Below are positions 11,898-24,225 of a DNA stretch of 64,000 bases, piece by piece; within the stretch, counting starts at the first letter, position 1; each line of letters opens with the position of its first letter. Source of the stretch: Chiloscyllium plagiosum (lineage: Eukaryota). The position numbers and the translations under genes are program-made. The notes beneath the pieces were generated by a model. It was not told the DNA's origin. It was given only the letters and a program-made list of their open reading frames with translations, and made no database searches. The stretch lies in assembly GCF_004010195.1 (NCBI RefSeq), contig NC_057719.1:63427378-63491377 (forward strand). Direction: 5' to 3'.

Positions 11898-12607
11898 ATG
11901 TGAACATTTCTTCAAAGAATGTGTTATGGAATTTGAACCCAGGGCGATTTCTTTTATGGACAATTCTTTGACCTCTGTGCTAGTGGAGCTTTATACTCTG
12001 ACTGACCTCATGATCTCCCTGCTCACCATACTTTCAGCACATGTTCTCAACATCTTAATCAAAATGGTGTCTGGAATTGCTCGCACCAGCACTGTACTCG
12101 CTCATACATAGCGCGGACATCATTTCACACACAAAATTGGACCTGTTGCATTGAGAAACAGACTGAATTTGGCGACCGTAATCCCTTACCTGTTTATTTC
12201 CCTGCTGGATTTGCAGACTTCTGGCCTTTCATTGTAAATTTGCAGTCAATACTTGTTGCAATTTTCATCTGTGTGTCTATTGTCTCAACTGTGTCAACTA
12301 GTGAGTTGACAGGACGTACCTCTGTGGACAACAAATAAAGCCTATTTACTCAGCAAAGATTATTTAAACAGGAAAGAAGAGCAAACAGTCCACTGAGTCT
12401 TTTTTAAAAGAACCTCCACAAACTCCAGCAAACATGTATTGTGACTGACAGTATTGTAATTTCCTTGATAACATCAGAGTGATTTCTCCAGCAAAGGGCA
12501 GTGTGTGTGTAAATTATTCTCAGTCATTATAACATTGTGATCTTCCTGGTATTATTGACAATGGAATTTCTGAGTTGTCTCCATTCTGCACCTTTCCAAA
12601 TTGCAGG

Positions 12608-12820
12608 CCACCCTGATGTGGAAACTTTTTATCGTTTCTTCGCTGTCGCTCGATTGAAATCCTGCAACTCCCTTCCCAACAACGATTAGGTGCAGCTACC
12701 TCTCACAGGCCACAGTGGTTCGAAAAGGCTGCTCACCACAATCTTCTCGAGGGCAATTCAAGAGGAGTAATAAATGCTAGCCTAATCAGAGATGCCCACA
12801 TCCCATGAATGTGAAAAGGG
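12608..12820 (+). mobile_element. Old CR1-clade LINE 3' end
   Basis: Homologous to 16640-16840 (atcctgat.tggaa..; taaatgctagc.ta..cag.ga..c.cac). Confidence 0.6.
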
Positions 12821-13746
12821 CATGAATACTAGCTTAATTATATAGAGCCATGTATTATGATTCTCCAATGTAAAGACAGGCTAATTCCTTTAATTTTATT
12901 GTACAGTCTAATACCACATCCCACAGCTATACCTGCAAACTAATGCTCCAGACTTGTTTGATTTCACGAACAGCAGAATGCTGACAGGGCACTTTTTTTG
13001 GCATTGCATCCCATGTTGAGTAATGAAATTCATTGTGTGACACTGATTGACTTTATGGCCAGAAGGAAAATTGAAATTTCTTCAAGATTCTGTTGTGGGT
13101 GTTACCTGTTGGCAGTTTACTAATTTAAACTGTGCATCAGTCATTTATGGAAATTTTTCTGATTTGTGCTGATGCACCATCATGCAATGTACATCAAAAT
13201 GTTCATCTCTTAGTTTGTAACTTTTTCAATCAGATGTGTTTTTTATTTAATTTCAGCTTGAAACATTATGCCGAATCAGCTCCCATCTGAAAAGTAAACA
13301 GACAAGCTTTTTAAAAAACATATTTTGATGTCTTTAAACTTCCTACCTTTATGAGATGTATTTTTAATTTTGTTCTGTACAGAAGTTTCTGACCAAGTTT
13401 GCTATAAATATATTGTTCATTTTCAAGCATGAGAACTGTTAGCTTTGAAATATCACTGCTTTGGACTCCAGATGTGTCACTAGATGTGTATAGTTTTGTT
13501 TCAATCGAAAGAAAATTATGGAATGATTGTGGCTTTACAAAACTAATTCCTCTGTAATGATTATACCTATACTTTATCTATATTGATTTAATGAATCTGA
13601 GAGAGAGGAGCTGAGCTAAAATTTTCACTCCTCTGTAAGGTTGAATGGTTCTATTTATGATTTGGAGATGCCGGTGTTGGACTGGGTGTACAAAGTTAAA
13701 AATCACACAAAACCAGGTTATAGTCCAACAGGTTTAATTGGAAGCA

Positions 13747-13781
13747 CACTAGCTTTCAGAGCATCACTCCTTCATCAGGTG
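13747..13781 (-). ncRNA. Minimal hammerhead ribozyme motif (family A), intact core
   Basis: Minus strand: cac CTGATGA A GGAGT gat GCTCT GAAA GC TA gtg; stem I cac/gtg, AGCT palindrome. Confidence 0.75.
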
Positions 13782-14157
13782 GTAGTGGAGGGCTCAATCC
13801 TAACACACGGAATTTACAGCAAAAATTTACAGTGTGATGTAACTGAAATTATACATTGAAAAATTGATTGCCTGTTAAACCTTTCATCTGTTAGAATACA
13901 ATGATAGTTTCATTTCTTTCATGTGTAAATCACAAAACCTTTTTTTAAAAAGTTGCATTCTCAGGTTAGCTGTTAACAATGGTGATAGCTAGACAATATG
14001 TTGAAGGTGTTAGCCCCCTGTGTTCTCTGTCTATGCCATGATGTTTAGATTGATTCTAATCTAAAAAGTGAGATAACGGAGTTTTACATGAATTCATGCA
14101 GTTTTTGAGCAAAGTACAATGTAACCCTGCAAGTACAAATTCACCCCACAAAATATA

Positions 14158-14435
14158 TGTGTGCATGTGGGTCTTCGTCTGTCTGTGTATGTGTGCGCCT
14201 GTCTGGGTTGGGGGTTGTCAGTGTGAGAAAGTGCATGTGTGTGTGTGTGTGTAGTGAGTGCAGAGTGTCTTAAGTCTGTGAGGGGATGCATGTGGGAGTG
14301 TCTGTCTGTCTGTAAGGGTGAGTGTGGGTGTCTGTGTGCGCGTCTGCATATACGTGTGTTCGTGTGTATAGGGATGCCAGTGTGTGTGTGAGAGAGTATT
14401 TGTGTGTAGGAGTATCTGTGTGTGTGTATAGTGCA
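14158..14435. repeat. Degenerate (TG)n-rich tract in the PLE 3' UTR
   Basis: Interrupted tgtgtg runs lying between the GIY-YIG stop codon and the terminal repeat. Confidence 0.85.
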
Positions 14436-14733
14436 ATGGTGGTCACCTGTAATGTGACATGAACCCAAGGTCCTGGTTGAGGCCCTCCATATGGGTACCG
14501 AACTTAGCTATCAGCCTCTGCTAGGCCACTTTTCCCATTGTTAACAGCTAACCCGCGAATGCAACTTTTTAAAAAAAGGTTTTGTGATTTACACATGAAA
14601 GAAGTGAAACCATCACAGTATTCTAACAGATGAAAGGCTTAACAGACAATCAATTTTTCAATGTATAATTTCAGTTACGTCACACTGTAAATTTTTGCTG
14701 TAAATTCTGTGTTAGGTTTGAGTCCTCCTCTAC

Positions 14734-14768
14734 CACCTGATGAAGGAGCAATGCTCCGAAAGCTAGTC
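14734..14768 (+). ncRNA. Minimal hammerhead ribozyme motif (family A), intact core
   Basis: cac CTGATGA A GGAGC aat GCTCC GAAA GC TA gtc; predicted cleavage after A14765. Confidence 0.75.
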
Positions 14769-14840
14769 TGCTTCCAATTAAACCTGTTGGACTATAACCT
14801 GGTATTGTGTGATTTTTAACTTGGTTCTATTTAATTTGCA

Positions 14841-14927
14841 TTCTGAAGGAGGGTCACTGGACTCTGATTTCTCTCCACATTTGCTGCCAGACCTGCTGGG
14901 TTTTTCAGCAATTTCTGTTTTTGTTTT
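14841..14927 (+). mobile_element. Old PLE terminal fragment with a deleted hammerhead
   Basis: ttctgaaggagggtcactggac..ttctctccaca.ttgctgccagacctgctgggtttttcagcaatttctgttttt. Confidence 0.55.
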
Positions 14928-15269
14928 TGGTTCTAATTAATCTTTGTTGCGTGTGAATATTGGGTTTAATATTGTGGAAGCATTGTGGAATAAAGTTTGA
15001 TTCTGTTCAGTTTCAAAGGTGGCAAGTTAACCAATGTAAGCTGAAAACTAGATCAAGCATTGTATTATTACAGGTTAGGACTTGGGTTTTGATTTGAGAG
15101 ATACTTAGCCAGCTGATTGAATATATAGTCATTCTGGGTTAGGAAAGTAGACCCCAAATACACATGCTGACACTAGCATGCAATGCCTTTTAATATGTCA
15201 TTATTCATAAAGAACAACGTTCTCTTCAATTAAAAGAAAGTGAAATTGGCTGTCTGGAATTTCAAGAAG

Positions 15270-15643
15270 TTCATTTTCGTTAGAGAGAAAGATGAGAGGT
15301 GACTTAATTGAGACATTAGATAAGATAATCAGAGGGTCAGATAGGATGGACAGTGAGAGCTGTTTTCCTTGGATGTTAATGGCTGGCAAGAGAGGTGACA
15401 GATATTGGACAGATCTCAGGTGGTCTCTGACATCAGAGAATAGAAGGGGCATGGAATGCCCTGCCTGCAACAGTAGTAGACTCATCAACTTTAAGGGCAT
15501 TTAAATGGTCATTGGATAAACATATGGATGAAAATGGAATACTGTAGGATAGATGGGCTTCAGGTTGGTTCCACAGGTCGGCGCAACATCGAGGGCCAAA
15601 GGGCCTGTACTGCACTGTAATGCTGTATGTCTATGTCTATGTC
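15270..15643 (+). mobile_element. CR1 LINE 3' end
   Basis: ORF 'MRGDLIETLDKIIRGSDRMDSE'; (atgtct)n tail. Confidence 0.9.
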
Positions 15644-15961
15644 TTCACTTGTGAGTGACCAAAATGAATACGTGCGTAGCAGTATAGCTGGAGCCAGTGA
15701 ATCCTTTTCCTTTGAGATGGTCCTGCACTTCTTGTCAATGTTCAAAACATTGAAATATACTCTTTCACAAAAAGTAATTGGGCTATTAGCCATTCTCCTT
15801 ACTGTATGTTAAGTAGCAAAACACTTGGTTTTAAGTCGCATTATGTGCACACCAGCTTTAGATATATTTTATTCAACCAGAATGGGGGAGAAAAATCAGA
15901 AGGAGAAAAATCAAACCAAGAGCTTCATGTTTTGAATCTGATCTTCTGTTTAAAATTGAAG

Positions 15962-16841
15962 CCTCTGTCCATCATAAGGTCAGAAATGGGGATGTTTACT
16001 GATGTTTGCACGATGTTCAGAACTATTCTGCATCTCCTCCCGATACTGAACCAGCTCGTGTTCACTTGCAGCATGATCTGGACTTCATCCAGGCTTGGGC
16101 TGCCAAGTAGCCCAATTTGTTGTGCCAGGTGATGACCATCTCCACCAAAAATTAAACCATCATCCCTAGATGTTTAGTGGCATCACCATCACTGAATCTC
16201 CCACTCTCAACACACTCAGGCTTACCATTGATGAGAAACTGAACTAACCAGCCATATGGTGGTTACAAGAACAGACCAGAGGCTAGAAATTATGTGGTGA
16301 CTAACTCATCTCCTGACTCTCCAAAGCCTTTCCATTATCTGCAAGGCACAAATCAAGGAGTGAAGTGAAATACTCTCCATCTTGCTTGGATGGGAGCAGT
16401 TCCAGCAATATTCAAGAAGCTTGATACCATGCAGAAAAAAGCATCCTGCTTGATTGGCACCCCGCCACTAGAACATTAAATCCCTTTACCATCAGTTTAC
16501 ATTTTGAGCGGTATGTATTGCAGTAATGCCCCGAGGCTGGTCCAAAATACCTTGCAAACCCACAACCTATACCACCTGGAAAGTCAACAATAGCAGAGGC
16601 ACAGGAGCACTGCTATCTGTAAGTTTGCCTCCATCCACACAGCATCCTGATTTGGAACTATATCAGTATTCTTTCACTTTTGCTGGATCAAAATTCTCTA
16701 ATTGTCTCCGTAACAGCTCTATCAGTGTACCTGCATTCCCAAGCAGTCAACAACTCATCATCACATTCCTGAGGATAATTCAGCCTAGGCACTAAATGCT
16801 AGCTTAGCCAGTGACACCACACTCTGAGTGAATTATAAAAA
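15962..16841 (+). mobile_element. Old CR1-clade LINE 3' part
   Basis: 'SIIRSEMGMFTDVCTMF' is a decayed (F/Y)ADD RT region; 3' end shared with 12608. Confidence 0.65.
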
Positions 16842-17118
16842 GGTTCATATCATTTGTTGCTGTACTGAAATATTATCTATGTCAACATGGATAGAACCTA
16901 TGACCCTAATATAACTCAATGTTAAATTTGAAACCACTCCTGGGTATTGCAGTGGGACCTGGTATGATGCAATAGCATCACAAGGTTCTGTTTTATTTGA
17001 GTTAAGAAATACCCCTGTATTTAGTGGAAGAATAATAGTGCCTGTGTGCAAGGAAATATTAATTTTAAGCAAGAGCATTAGGAGGGTTTGGTGCATTTTG
17101 AAGGTGTCGTGAACTATG

Positions 17119-17239
17119 TTGTGGAGGTGTTAGACTGGAATGGATAAAGTTAAAAATCACACAACACCAGGTTATAGTCCAACTGGTTTATTTGGAAGCA
17201 CTTGCTTTCGGAGCGCTGCTCCTTCATCATGTAGCTGTG
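17119..17239 (-). mobile_element. PLE family A solo terminal repeat with mutated hammerhead
   Basis: Matches 13670-13785; gtgaactatg at 17109-17118 and 17240-17249. Confidence 0.85.
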
Positions 17240-17502
17240 GTGAACTATGGTGAAAGCTGGTCAGATGAGGAAGATTTCATTGTGCTGTTGATTGTATGCA
17301 TGTAATATTTGATTTTCCGACAACAGTGAGTTACAGTTAAAAAAGCTGTTGTTACAGGCCTCAATTGGCTTCAGCTTCAAGCCAACTGGTGCAGCATCAG
17401 GCTGGGCGGGATATGTGAAGTACACAGTGAGTAGCACAACCAGGAGCAGAAGATGGCAGCCTCTGCCCATTTAAATGGACAGACCTCATCAATTTGACCT
17501 GT

Positions 17503-17539
17503 GGCTCGTTGGTCTAGGGGTATGATTCTTGCTTTAGGT
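17503..17539 (+). pseudogene. tRNA-Pro 5' half (truncated pseudogene)
   Basis: GGCTCGTTGGTCTAGGGGTATGATTCTTGCTTTAGGT versus vertebrate tRNA-Pro(TGG) GGCTCGTTGGTCTAGGGGTATGATTCTCGCTTTGGGT: 2 mismatches in 37 nt; no 3' half. Confidence 0.88.
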
Positions 17540-17548
17540 CTTCTATTA

Positions 17549-17889
17549 GGGGTGGCACGGTGGCTCAGTGGTTAGCACTGCTGCCTCACCGCACCAGGGA
17601 CCCAGGTTCAATTCCTGCCTCGGGTGACTGTCTGTGTAGAGTTTGCATGTTCTCCCTGTGTCTGCGTGGGTTTCCTCCGGGTGCTTTGGTTTCCTCCCAC
17701 AATCCAAAGATGTGCAGATCAGGTGAATTGGCCATACTAAATTGCCCATAGTGTTGGGTGCATTAGTCAAGGATAAATATGGGGTAAAGGAATGGGTCTG
17801 GGTGGGTTGCTGTTCAGAGGGTCGGTGTGGACTTGTTGGGCCAAGGGCCTGTTTCCATACTGTGGGGAATCTAATCTAACCTAATCTAA
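17549..17889 (+). mobile_element. HE1-type SINE, full length
   Basis: A box tggctcagtgg, B box ggttcaattcc, (aatct)n tail. Confidence 0.92.
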
Positions 17890-18589
17890 ACATGTCACTT
17901 GTCAACCAAAGGAGTTAAGGAGTGTCTGCTTGTAGATTTGGGAAGGAAGCCATGGCTGAGGAGGCAAGGATGATCCGAGCACAAATTGGCTTCATGGTTT
18001 CCTTATGGGATCAGTAGTGCCTGGCCGAGAGAATGCCTTGTGTCTCTGATAAATTAGGTCCCTATGTCAGGTAACTTTGTAACCTAATCTACATAATTAA
18101 ACAGGACCATGCTACCTTGGGTTATGCTTCCCTCCCAGGAAAATTTCCTGTCTAGCTGTAGTGGATACTCTCAGAATTGTTCCACCAACATAGGAATCCA
18201 AAGCACGAAAGGCAATTGCCTACCAAAGAAATGCAACTGATGTCAGATATGCGATTTTTTTTCTGATGTGTAATTTGTATCATTGTGGTATTATTAATCT
18301 GCGATGTTCACAAATTTATCATTAAGGCACTGAGACACCAAAATAAATCCCGGGACCTTGTCCTGCATTTCTTTTAGGATTTGTCTCGTCAAATTCCTTC
18401 ATAATTTTAGAGTTCGACTAGGTCACATTTCATTAGTTTTTCCAAAGACCCCCAGCCTTTTCCGTGGATAATAATATTTTGTTTTGTTATCACTGTTATA
18501 AAACTATTTCTCATTTTCTCCATGGTGCTTTCTCATTTTTGTCAAAGAACAGAATTCACTCAGTTTCACTTTCATTAATTAGAGTATGT

Positions 18590-19040
18590 CATAAAATTCC
18601 AACAGTGCAGAAAGAGGCCATTCGGCCCATTGAATCTACATTGATCCTTCAAAATTGTATATTCATATTGTACGTTAACAGCACCCTCAAAATTAATCAG
18701 CCATCCAGTTTGGTGTCATCTGCAAATATTGACATAATATTTGAGTTGTCTGTAAATGGTGAACAACAGTTATTCCATGATTGCTCCCTGTTGAGCACCT
18801 TTTTACCACTGTGAAGAATTGCTTTTAACCCCTGCTGCTCCTTCTGTTTAAAACCAGTTAGTTTTCCATTCTGGTATTTGTCCCTGGACTCCACATGCTC
18901 TAATCCTAGTCATGAGTTTATTGGGGTACTTGATCAAAAGCCCTTTGGATGTCTATGTGTAATTGCTTCTACTCGGTTCCCTTAGTTACTTTTTCTGTCA
19001 CTTTTTCAAAGAATTCAGTTTTCCATTTTGAAGTCCATGC
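18590..19040 (-). mobile_element. Old CR1 fragments
   Basis: ORF 18697..18894 ends 'IMSIFADDTKLDG'; CR1-type 3' end at ~18590-18645. Confidence 0.65.
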
Positions 19041-19061
19041 TCCATTCCCTTTATTGCATGG

Positions 19062-19437
19062 TGGACCCTGGGTCTGTACTCAGTGGACTTTAGAGGATAA
19101 GAGGGATTTCATTGAAACTTAGAGAATACTGAAAAGTGGACATGGAGAAGATGTTTCTACTACTAAGAAGGACTAGGATCCGAGGGCTCTGCCTCAGAAT
19201 GAAGGGACAACCTTTTGGAATTTCTTCAGCTAAAGGGTGGTTAATCTGAAGACTCATGGCTGCAGAGGGCTGTGGAGGCCAAGTTATTGAGTGTATTTAC
19301 GACAGAGATGGATATGCTTATTGGGAGAAGACAGGAGAATAGAATTGAGAAACAGATCAGCCATGATTGAATGGCAGAGCAGACTCAGTGGGCCAAATAA
19401 CCAAATTCTGCTCCTGTATCTTTTGGTTTTATGGTCT
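19062..19437 (+). mobile_element. CR1 LINE 3' end, degenerate
   Basis: ctgggtctgtactcagtgga..gatttcattgaaac..gatcagccatgattgaatggcagagcagactc. Confidence 0.8.
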
Positions 19438-20297
19438 TTTGGAAACCTGGCAATATTTTGGCTGTCCTATCTACAGGAAGGCGTGGAGAAAACAGGGTCC
19501 TCTGGAAGTGAGGAACGTCACAAATGTTAGGAACTGAAAGTCATAGAGGTTGACAACACAGAAAAAGGTCCTTAGATCTAACAAGTCTGCGCCAGTCAAA
19601 AATAAGCCCCTAAATGTTCTTGTCCCATTTTCCAACACTTGTCCCACAGCCTTGTATGCCTTGGCATTATGGGTGTCCATTTAAAAGTATTAAAGTGTTA
19701 TGAGTGTTTCTGCCTCTACCATCCTCACAGGCAGTCAATTCTAGATTCCCACAACCCTCTGAGTGAAAATATTTTACCATGCATCCTCTCTAAAACTTCT
19801 GCCCCTTACATAAAGCCATGTTCCCTGGTCATTGATTCCTTCACTAGGAGGAAAAGCTTCTTGCTGCTATGGCCCTCATAATATTATATATCTCAATGAT
19901 GTCTACCCTCAGTCTCTTTTGCTCAAAGGAAAACAACCCTAGTTAATCCTATCTCTCTTCATAACTAAAACTCTCCAGCCCAAGTAACATTCTGGTAAAT
20001 CTCCTCTACACCTTCTCCAGTGTAATTATCTCCGTCTTATTAGAGTCATAGAGATGTACAGCATGGAAACAGAGCCTTCAGTCCAACCCGTCCATACCGA
20101 CCAGATATTCCAACCCAATCTAGTCCCACCTGTCAGCACACAGCCCATATCCCTCCAAACCCTTCCTATTCATATACCCATCCAAGTGTCTCTTAAATGG
20201 TGCAATTGTACCAGCCTCCACCACTTCCTCTGGCAGCTCATTCCATACACATACCACCCTCTGTGTGAAAAGGTTGCCCCGTAGGTCTCTTTTATAT

Positions 20298-20503
20298 TCA
20301 AAGTTTGTGAGAAGATTTGTGGCTCGGGTGCTCGTTGTTGTGGATCTGTTCGCCGAGCTAGGAATTTGTGTTGCAGACGTTTCGTCCCCTGTCTAGGTGA
20401 CATCCTCGGTGCTTGGGAGCCTCCTGTGAAGCGTTTCTGTGTTGTTTCCTCCGGCATTTATAGTGATTTGTCTCTGCCGCTTCCGCTTGTCAGTTCCAGC
20501 TGT
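20298..20503 (-). mobile_element. PLE family C (Penelope/Poseidon-like) solo terminal repeat
   Basis: Interrupts the CR1; similar to the 61443-61560 terminus; hammerhead motif at 20373-20412. Confidence 0.8.
20373..20412 (-). ncRNA. Minimal hammerhead motif (family C) with U4>C in the core
   Basis: Minus strand: gca CCGAGGA T GTCACC tagaca GGGGAC GAAA CG TC tgc. Confidence 0.65.
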
Positions 20504-20959
20504 CCCCTCTCACCCTAAACTTATGCCCTCTAGTTCTGGAGTCCCCGACCCAACGGAAAAGACTTTGCCTATTTACCCTATCCATGCCCCTCATAATTTT
20601 GTAAACCTCTATAAGATCACCCCTCAGCCTCCGACGCTCCAGGATTCGAGAACTATACACACTACTCTAGCTGTGGCCTATCCAACATTTTGTACAATTA
20701 CAGGATATCCTTGCTGCTCCTAAATTCTATGCCTCAGTTAATAAAGGCAAGAATCCCATGTGCCTTCTTATCCAGTTTGTTTACTTGTCCCAGTAGTCTG
20801 AAGGGCCAGTGGACATGCACACTAACATCTCGCTGATCATCAGCGCTCCCCAGGGTCCTACAGTTCATCATATGTTCTTTTGCTTTGTTCAGCATGCCCA
20901 GGTGCATCACCTCACACTATCCACATTAAATTTCATTTGCCATTGATTCAGCCCATCTG

Positions 20960-21668
20960 AGATTAGAGTGGTGCTGGAAAAGCACAGCAGTTCAGGCAGC
21001 ATCCGAGGAGCAGGAAAATCGACGTATCAGGCAAAAGCCCTGCATCAGGAATAGAGGCAGAGTGCCTGCAGGATGGAGAGATAAATGAGAGGAGGGTGGG
21101 GGTGAGGAGAAAGTATCATCGAGTACAATAGGTGAATTGGGGTGGGGATGAAGGTGATAGTTCAGGGAGGAGGGTGGGGGAAGGTAGCAAAGAGTACAGT
21201 GGGTGAATGGGGGTGGTGAGGAACGTAAAAATAATGACTGCAGATTAGGTCAGGGAGGAGGGTAGAGTGGATAGGTGGAAAAGAAGATAGGCAGGTATGA
21301 CAAGTCATGGGGACAATGCTGAGCTGGAAGTTTGGAACTAGGGTGAGGTGGGGGAAGGGGAAATGAGGAAACTGGTGAAGTCCACATTGATGCCCTGGGG
21401 TTGAAGTGTTCCACGGTGGAAGTGAGGCGTTCTTCCTCCAGGCGTCGGTTGGTGAGGGAACGGCGGCGAAGGAGGCCCAGGACCTCCATGTTCTCGGCAG
21501 AGTGGGAGGGGGAATTGAAATGTTGGGCCACAGGGCGGTGTGGTTGATTGGTGCGGGTGTCCCAGAGATGTTCCCTAAAGTGCTCTGCTCAGAGGCGTCC
21601 AGTCTCTCCAGTGTAGAGGAGACTGCATCGTCAGCAACGGATACAATAAATGATATTGGTGGATGTGA
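20960..21668 (-). mobile_element. PLE family B 3' part: GIY-YIG endonuclease remnant plus terminal repeat
   Basis: 'IIYCIRC*RCSLLYTGETGR' (IIY..YTG) near 21590-21660; ORF 21250..21531 'AQHFNSPSHSAENMEVLGLL..RRLEEERL'; decayed hammerhead at ~21017-21052. Confidence 0.88.
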
Positions 21669-23070
21669 CCATATCATTCACATCCTCCTGTAATCCTAAG
21701 GCCAGCTTCCTCCCTATTTATCACCTCACCAATTTTTGTATTGTTCGTGAACTTATGATCAACCCTCCTATATCCAAGTCCAAATTGTTTAGATATTTCA
21801 CAGACTGCAAGGGCCCCAAACAATGATTCCTGTGGAACCCCATTTAAATCCTGGTTTCCAGTCACAAAAGCACCCCTTGACCATCATCCATTGCTTCCTG
21901 ACAGCCAATTTGGGATCCAATTTGCCAAGTTTCCTGGGATCTCATGAGCTTTTAACCTGCTATCATTCTCCCATTTGGGACCTTATCAAAAGCCTTGCTG
22001 AAGTCTTAGTAGACTGCGTCAAATGCAGTCATCTCACACCTGGTCACCTCTGAAAAATTTAATGACATGACCTCCCCTAAAAAAAAATGCTGACTGTCCT
22101 TGACTAATTCCTGTTTCTCCAAATGCAGATTAATTCTGTCCCTCGGAATTGCTTCCAATATCTTACCCATTAGAGGTTAGACTGACCGACTTGTAGTTTT
22201 CTGGTTTATCTCCTTTCCCTTCTTGAATAATGGTAGCATGTTGGTCGTTCTCCAGTCCTCTGACACCCCTCCTGTGGCCAGACAGAAATTGAAAAGTATT
22301 GCCAGTGCCCCTGCTATCTCCTCCTTTATCCTCCCTCACAAGCCTAGGTTACGTTTCATCCAGCCCTGGAGATTTATTTACTTTTAAGCCAGCCAGACCA
22401 TTCAGATCCTCCTCTCAGTCCATGCTAATTTCTTCAAGTATACAGTAGTCCTCCTCCCTGATTTCCATACTCGGATCGTCCCTCATACTAATGAACACTG
22501 ACACGAAACATTCATTTAGAATACTATCAACGTGTTCTGGCTTCACACACAAATTACCTCTGTAGTCCTTAATGAGCTCTGCGCTTTCCCTAATTATCTT
22601 TTTATCCTTAATATACTTGTTAAATAGTTTAGGATTTTCCTTTGTTTTATCTGCCACTATTCTTTCATGCCTGTTTTTTGCTCTTCTACTTTCATTTTCA
22701 AGTTTTCCTTTGCACATTCTGTACTCCTTGAGGACTTCTGCTGTTTTAGTATCTTCATTAAACCGCCCTGTTTCTCTTTATCCAATCCTGTATATCCCTT
22801 GATAGTTAGAATTCACAGGATTTGTTGGTCCCACCCTTTATCAGTATTGGAACTTGGGGCCCTGCACTCTCCCCATTTCCTTTTTGAATTTGTGCCAATG
22901 CTGTGACACGCATTTACCTAAAAGTATCTGCTCCCAGTCCACTCGGCCAAATCATACCTGAATTTATGAAAATCAATCTTCCCCCAGTTTAGAACTTTGA
23001 TTTATTTTCCACGATAACCTTGACTCTAACAAAATTAGAATCACTGAGTGCAAAATGCTCCCCAACTGAT

Positions 23071-23185
23071 CAGCTGTTCATCAGGAATCTTCTTCCTGAT
23101 GAAGGGCTTGTGCCCGAAACGTCAATTCTCCTGCTCCTCAGATTCTGCCTCACCTGTGTCTTTCCAGCACCCCACACTCAATAAA
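23071..23185 (+). mobile_element. PLE family B solo terminal fragment with an intact hammerhead core (23093-23127)
   Basis: ttc CTGATGA A GGGC ttgt GCCC GAAA CG TC aatt; preceded by an 11-nt inverted copy ttcatcaggaa. Confidence 0.8.
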
Positions 23186-23279
23186 TGTGAGTAAGTTCCT
23201 CCTTATTGTCTTTCTAATTCTTCTACACATTAAGTCGATAACACTGGTTACCAAAGATTATTCACCAAAGTGTTAATTC

Positions 23280-24225
23280 CTCCTATTTGCTCTATAAGGG
23301 GGCTCTATTAAGCCTCCTCACAATTTCTAATACCTCTATTAGGTATCCCCTTAACATGCTGTGGTCTTAAAAGAAATAGCCCAGTTTTTCCTGTTTCTCC
23401 TCAGAGATGATGTTCCACATCCCTGGAATCATCCTTATTTCTCTCCAAGACCTTGCTACCATAGCTAGGATGTGATGTCTATTTACCAAGCCAAGTATCT
23501 CATGTTTTCTTAACATATATTACCAACTGTTCCTGCACTCCCCGCCCTCACTCTCCCATGGCCTCTACCTACAAATATGCACCATTTTTGTTAAATTGCT
23601 TCTCTGCGCTGTTTCTCTCAAAGTTCATCACATTATACTTCTCCATATTATCTGCCACTAGTCTGACGTTTCACTAGGCTGTCCGACTGAAATCTACTAC
23701 TGTCGTGTTCAATATTGACTACATTAACAACTATTATATTGTCTGTAACCTTCAAAATTTTACTCTTAGACTCAAGTACAGGCTATTTATGTATGGCAAG
23801 AAAGGAAATAGTTCTGAGCCCCTTGGGACCCACTGTATAATTCTCTCCAGTCAGAAGAACATGCATTCACTGCTTCTGTTTGACCTCCATCCCATAGCCA
23901 ATTCCATATCCAAATTACCGATGTTCCTTTAATACCTTCTACTTCTTTTCTGACTAAATCTGTTGGAAGTGCTTTGTCAAATGCCCTGTGAAAATTCAGT
24001 AAATAAGTTCTGTTGCACAGCCTTCATCATTAGTTAACTCAATCAGGTTAGATGGATATGATTTGCGTTGAACAATTGTTATTGTCTGTATGACCTTATT
24101 AACTTACAGATTTCTATTTGAGAATTAATTTTGTCCTTTATAAATGTTCTCTAGTGCACCTTGAACCCCAGCTGATGTTTGACTAATTGGTTGTAGGGTT
24201 ACTTGGTTTGTCCCCCTTTTTGACA
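23280..24225 (-). mobile_element. Very old CR1-like fragment
   Basis: Decayed motifs ttccacatccctggaatcatcct, ctgagccccttgggacccact, ctttgtcaaatgcc, gatatgatttgc in CR1 RT order. Confidence 0.55.

Larger units (their letters stand above)
13658..14821. mobile_element. PLE (family A, Neptune-like) 3' end plus an inverted terminal copy
   Basis: Minus strand 14443-14529 translates 'VA*QRLIAKFGTHMEGLNQDLGFMSHYR*' (GIY-YIG C-terminus); ~290-bp inverted repeats; tggttctattta at 13646-13657 and 14822-14833. Confidence 0.88.
20041..20643 (-). mobile_element. Young CR1 3' end nested in an older CR1
   Basis: Near-identical to 6092-6338 and 52741-53140; (tagagtca)n tail. Confidence 0.92.
19540..23070 (-). 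mobile_element. CR1 LINE ORF2 (about 2.2 kb excluding inserts), host of nested insertions
   Basis: ORFs 21674..21865 'GVPQESLFG..KFTNNTKIG' and 22415..22717 'KENPKLFNKYI..ILNECFVSVF'; 3' tail at 19540. Confidence 0.88.

Noticed and set aside
14094..14468. His/Thr-rich ORFs
   Set aside because: Translation of a (CA)n-rich tract in a PLE 3' UTR
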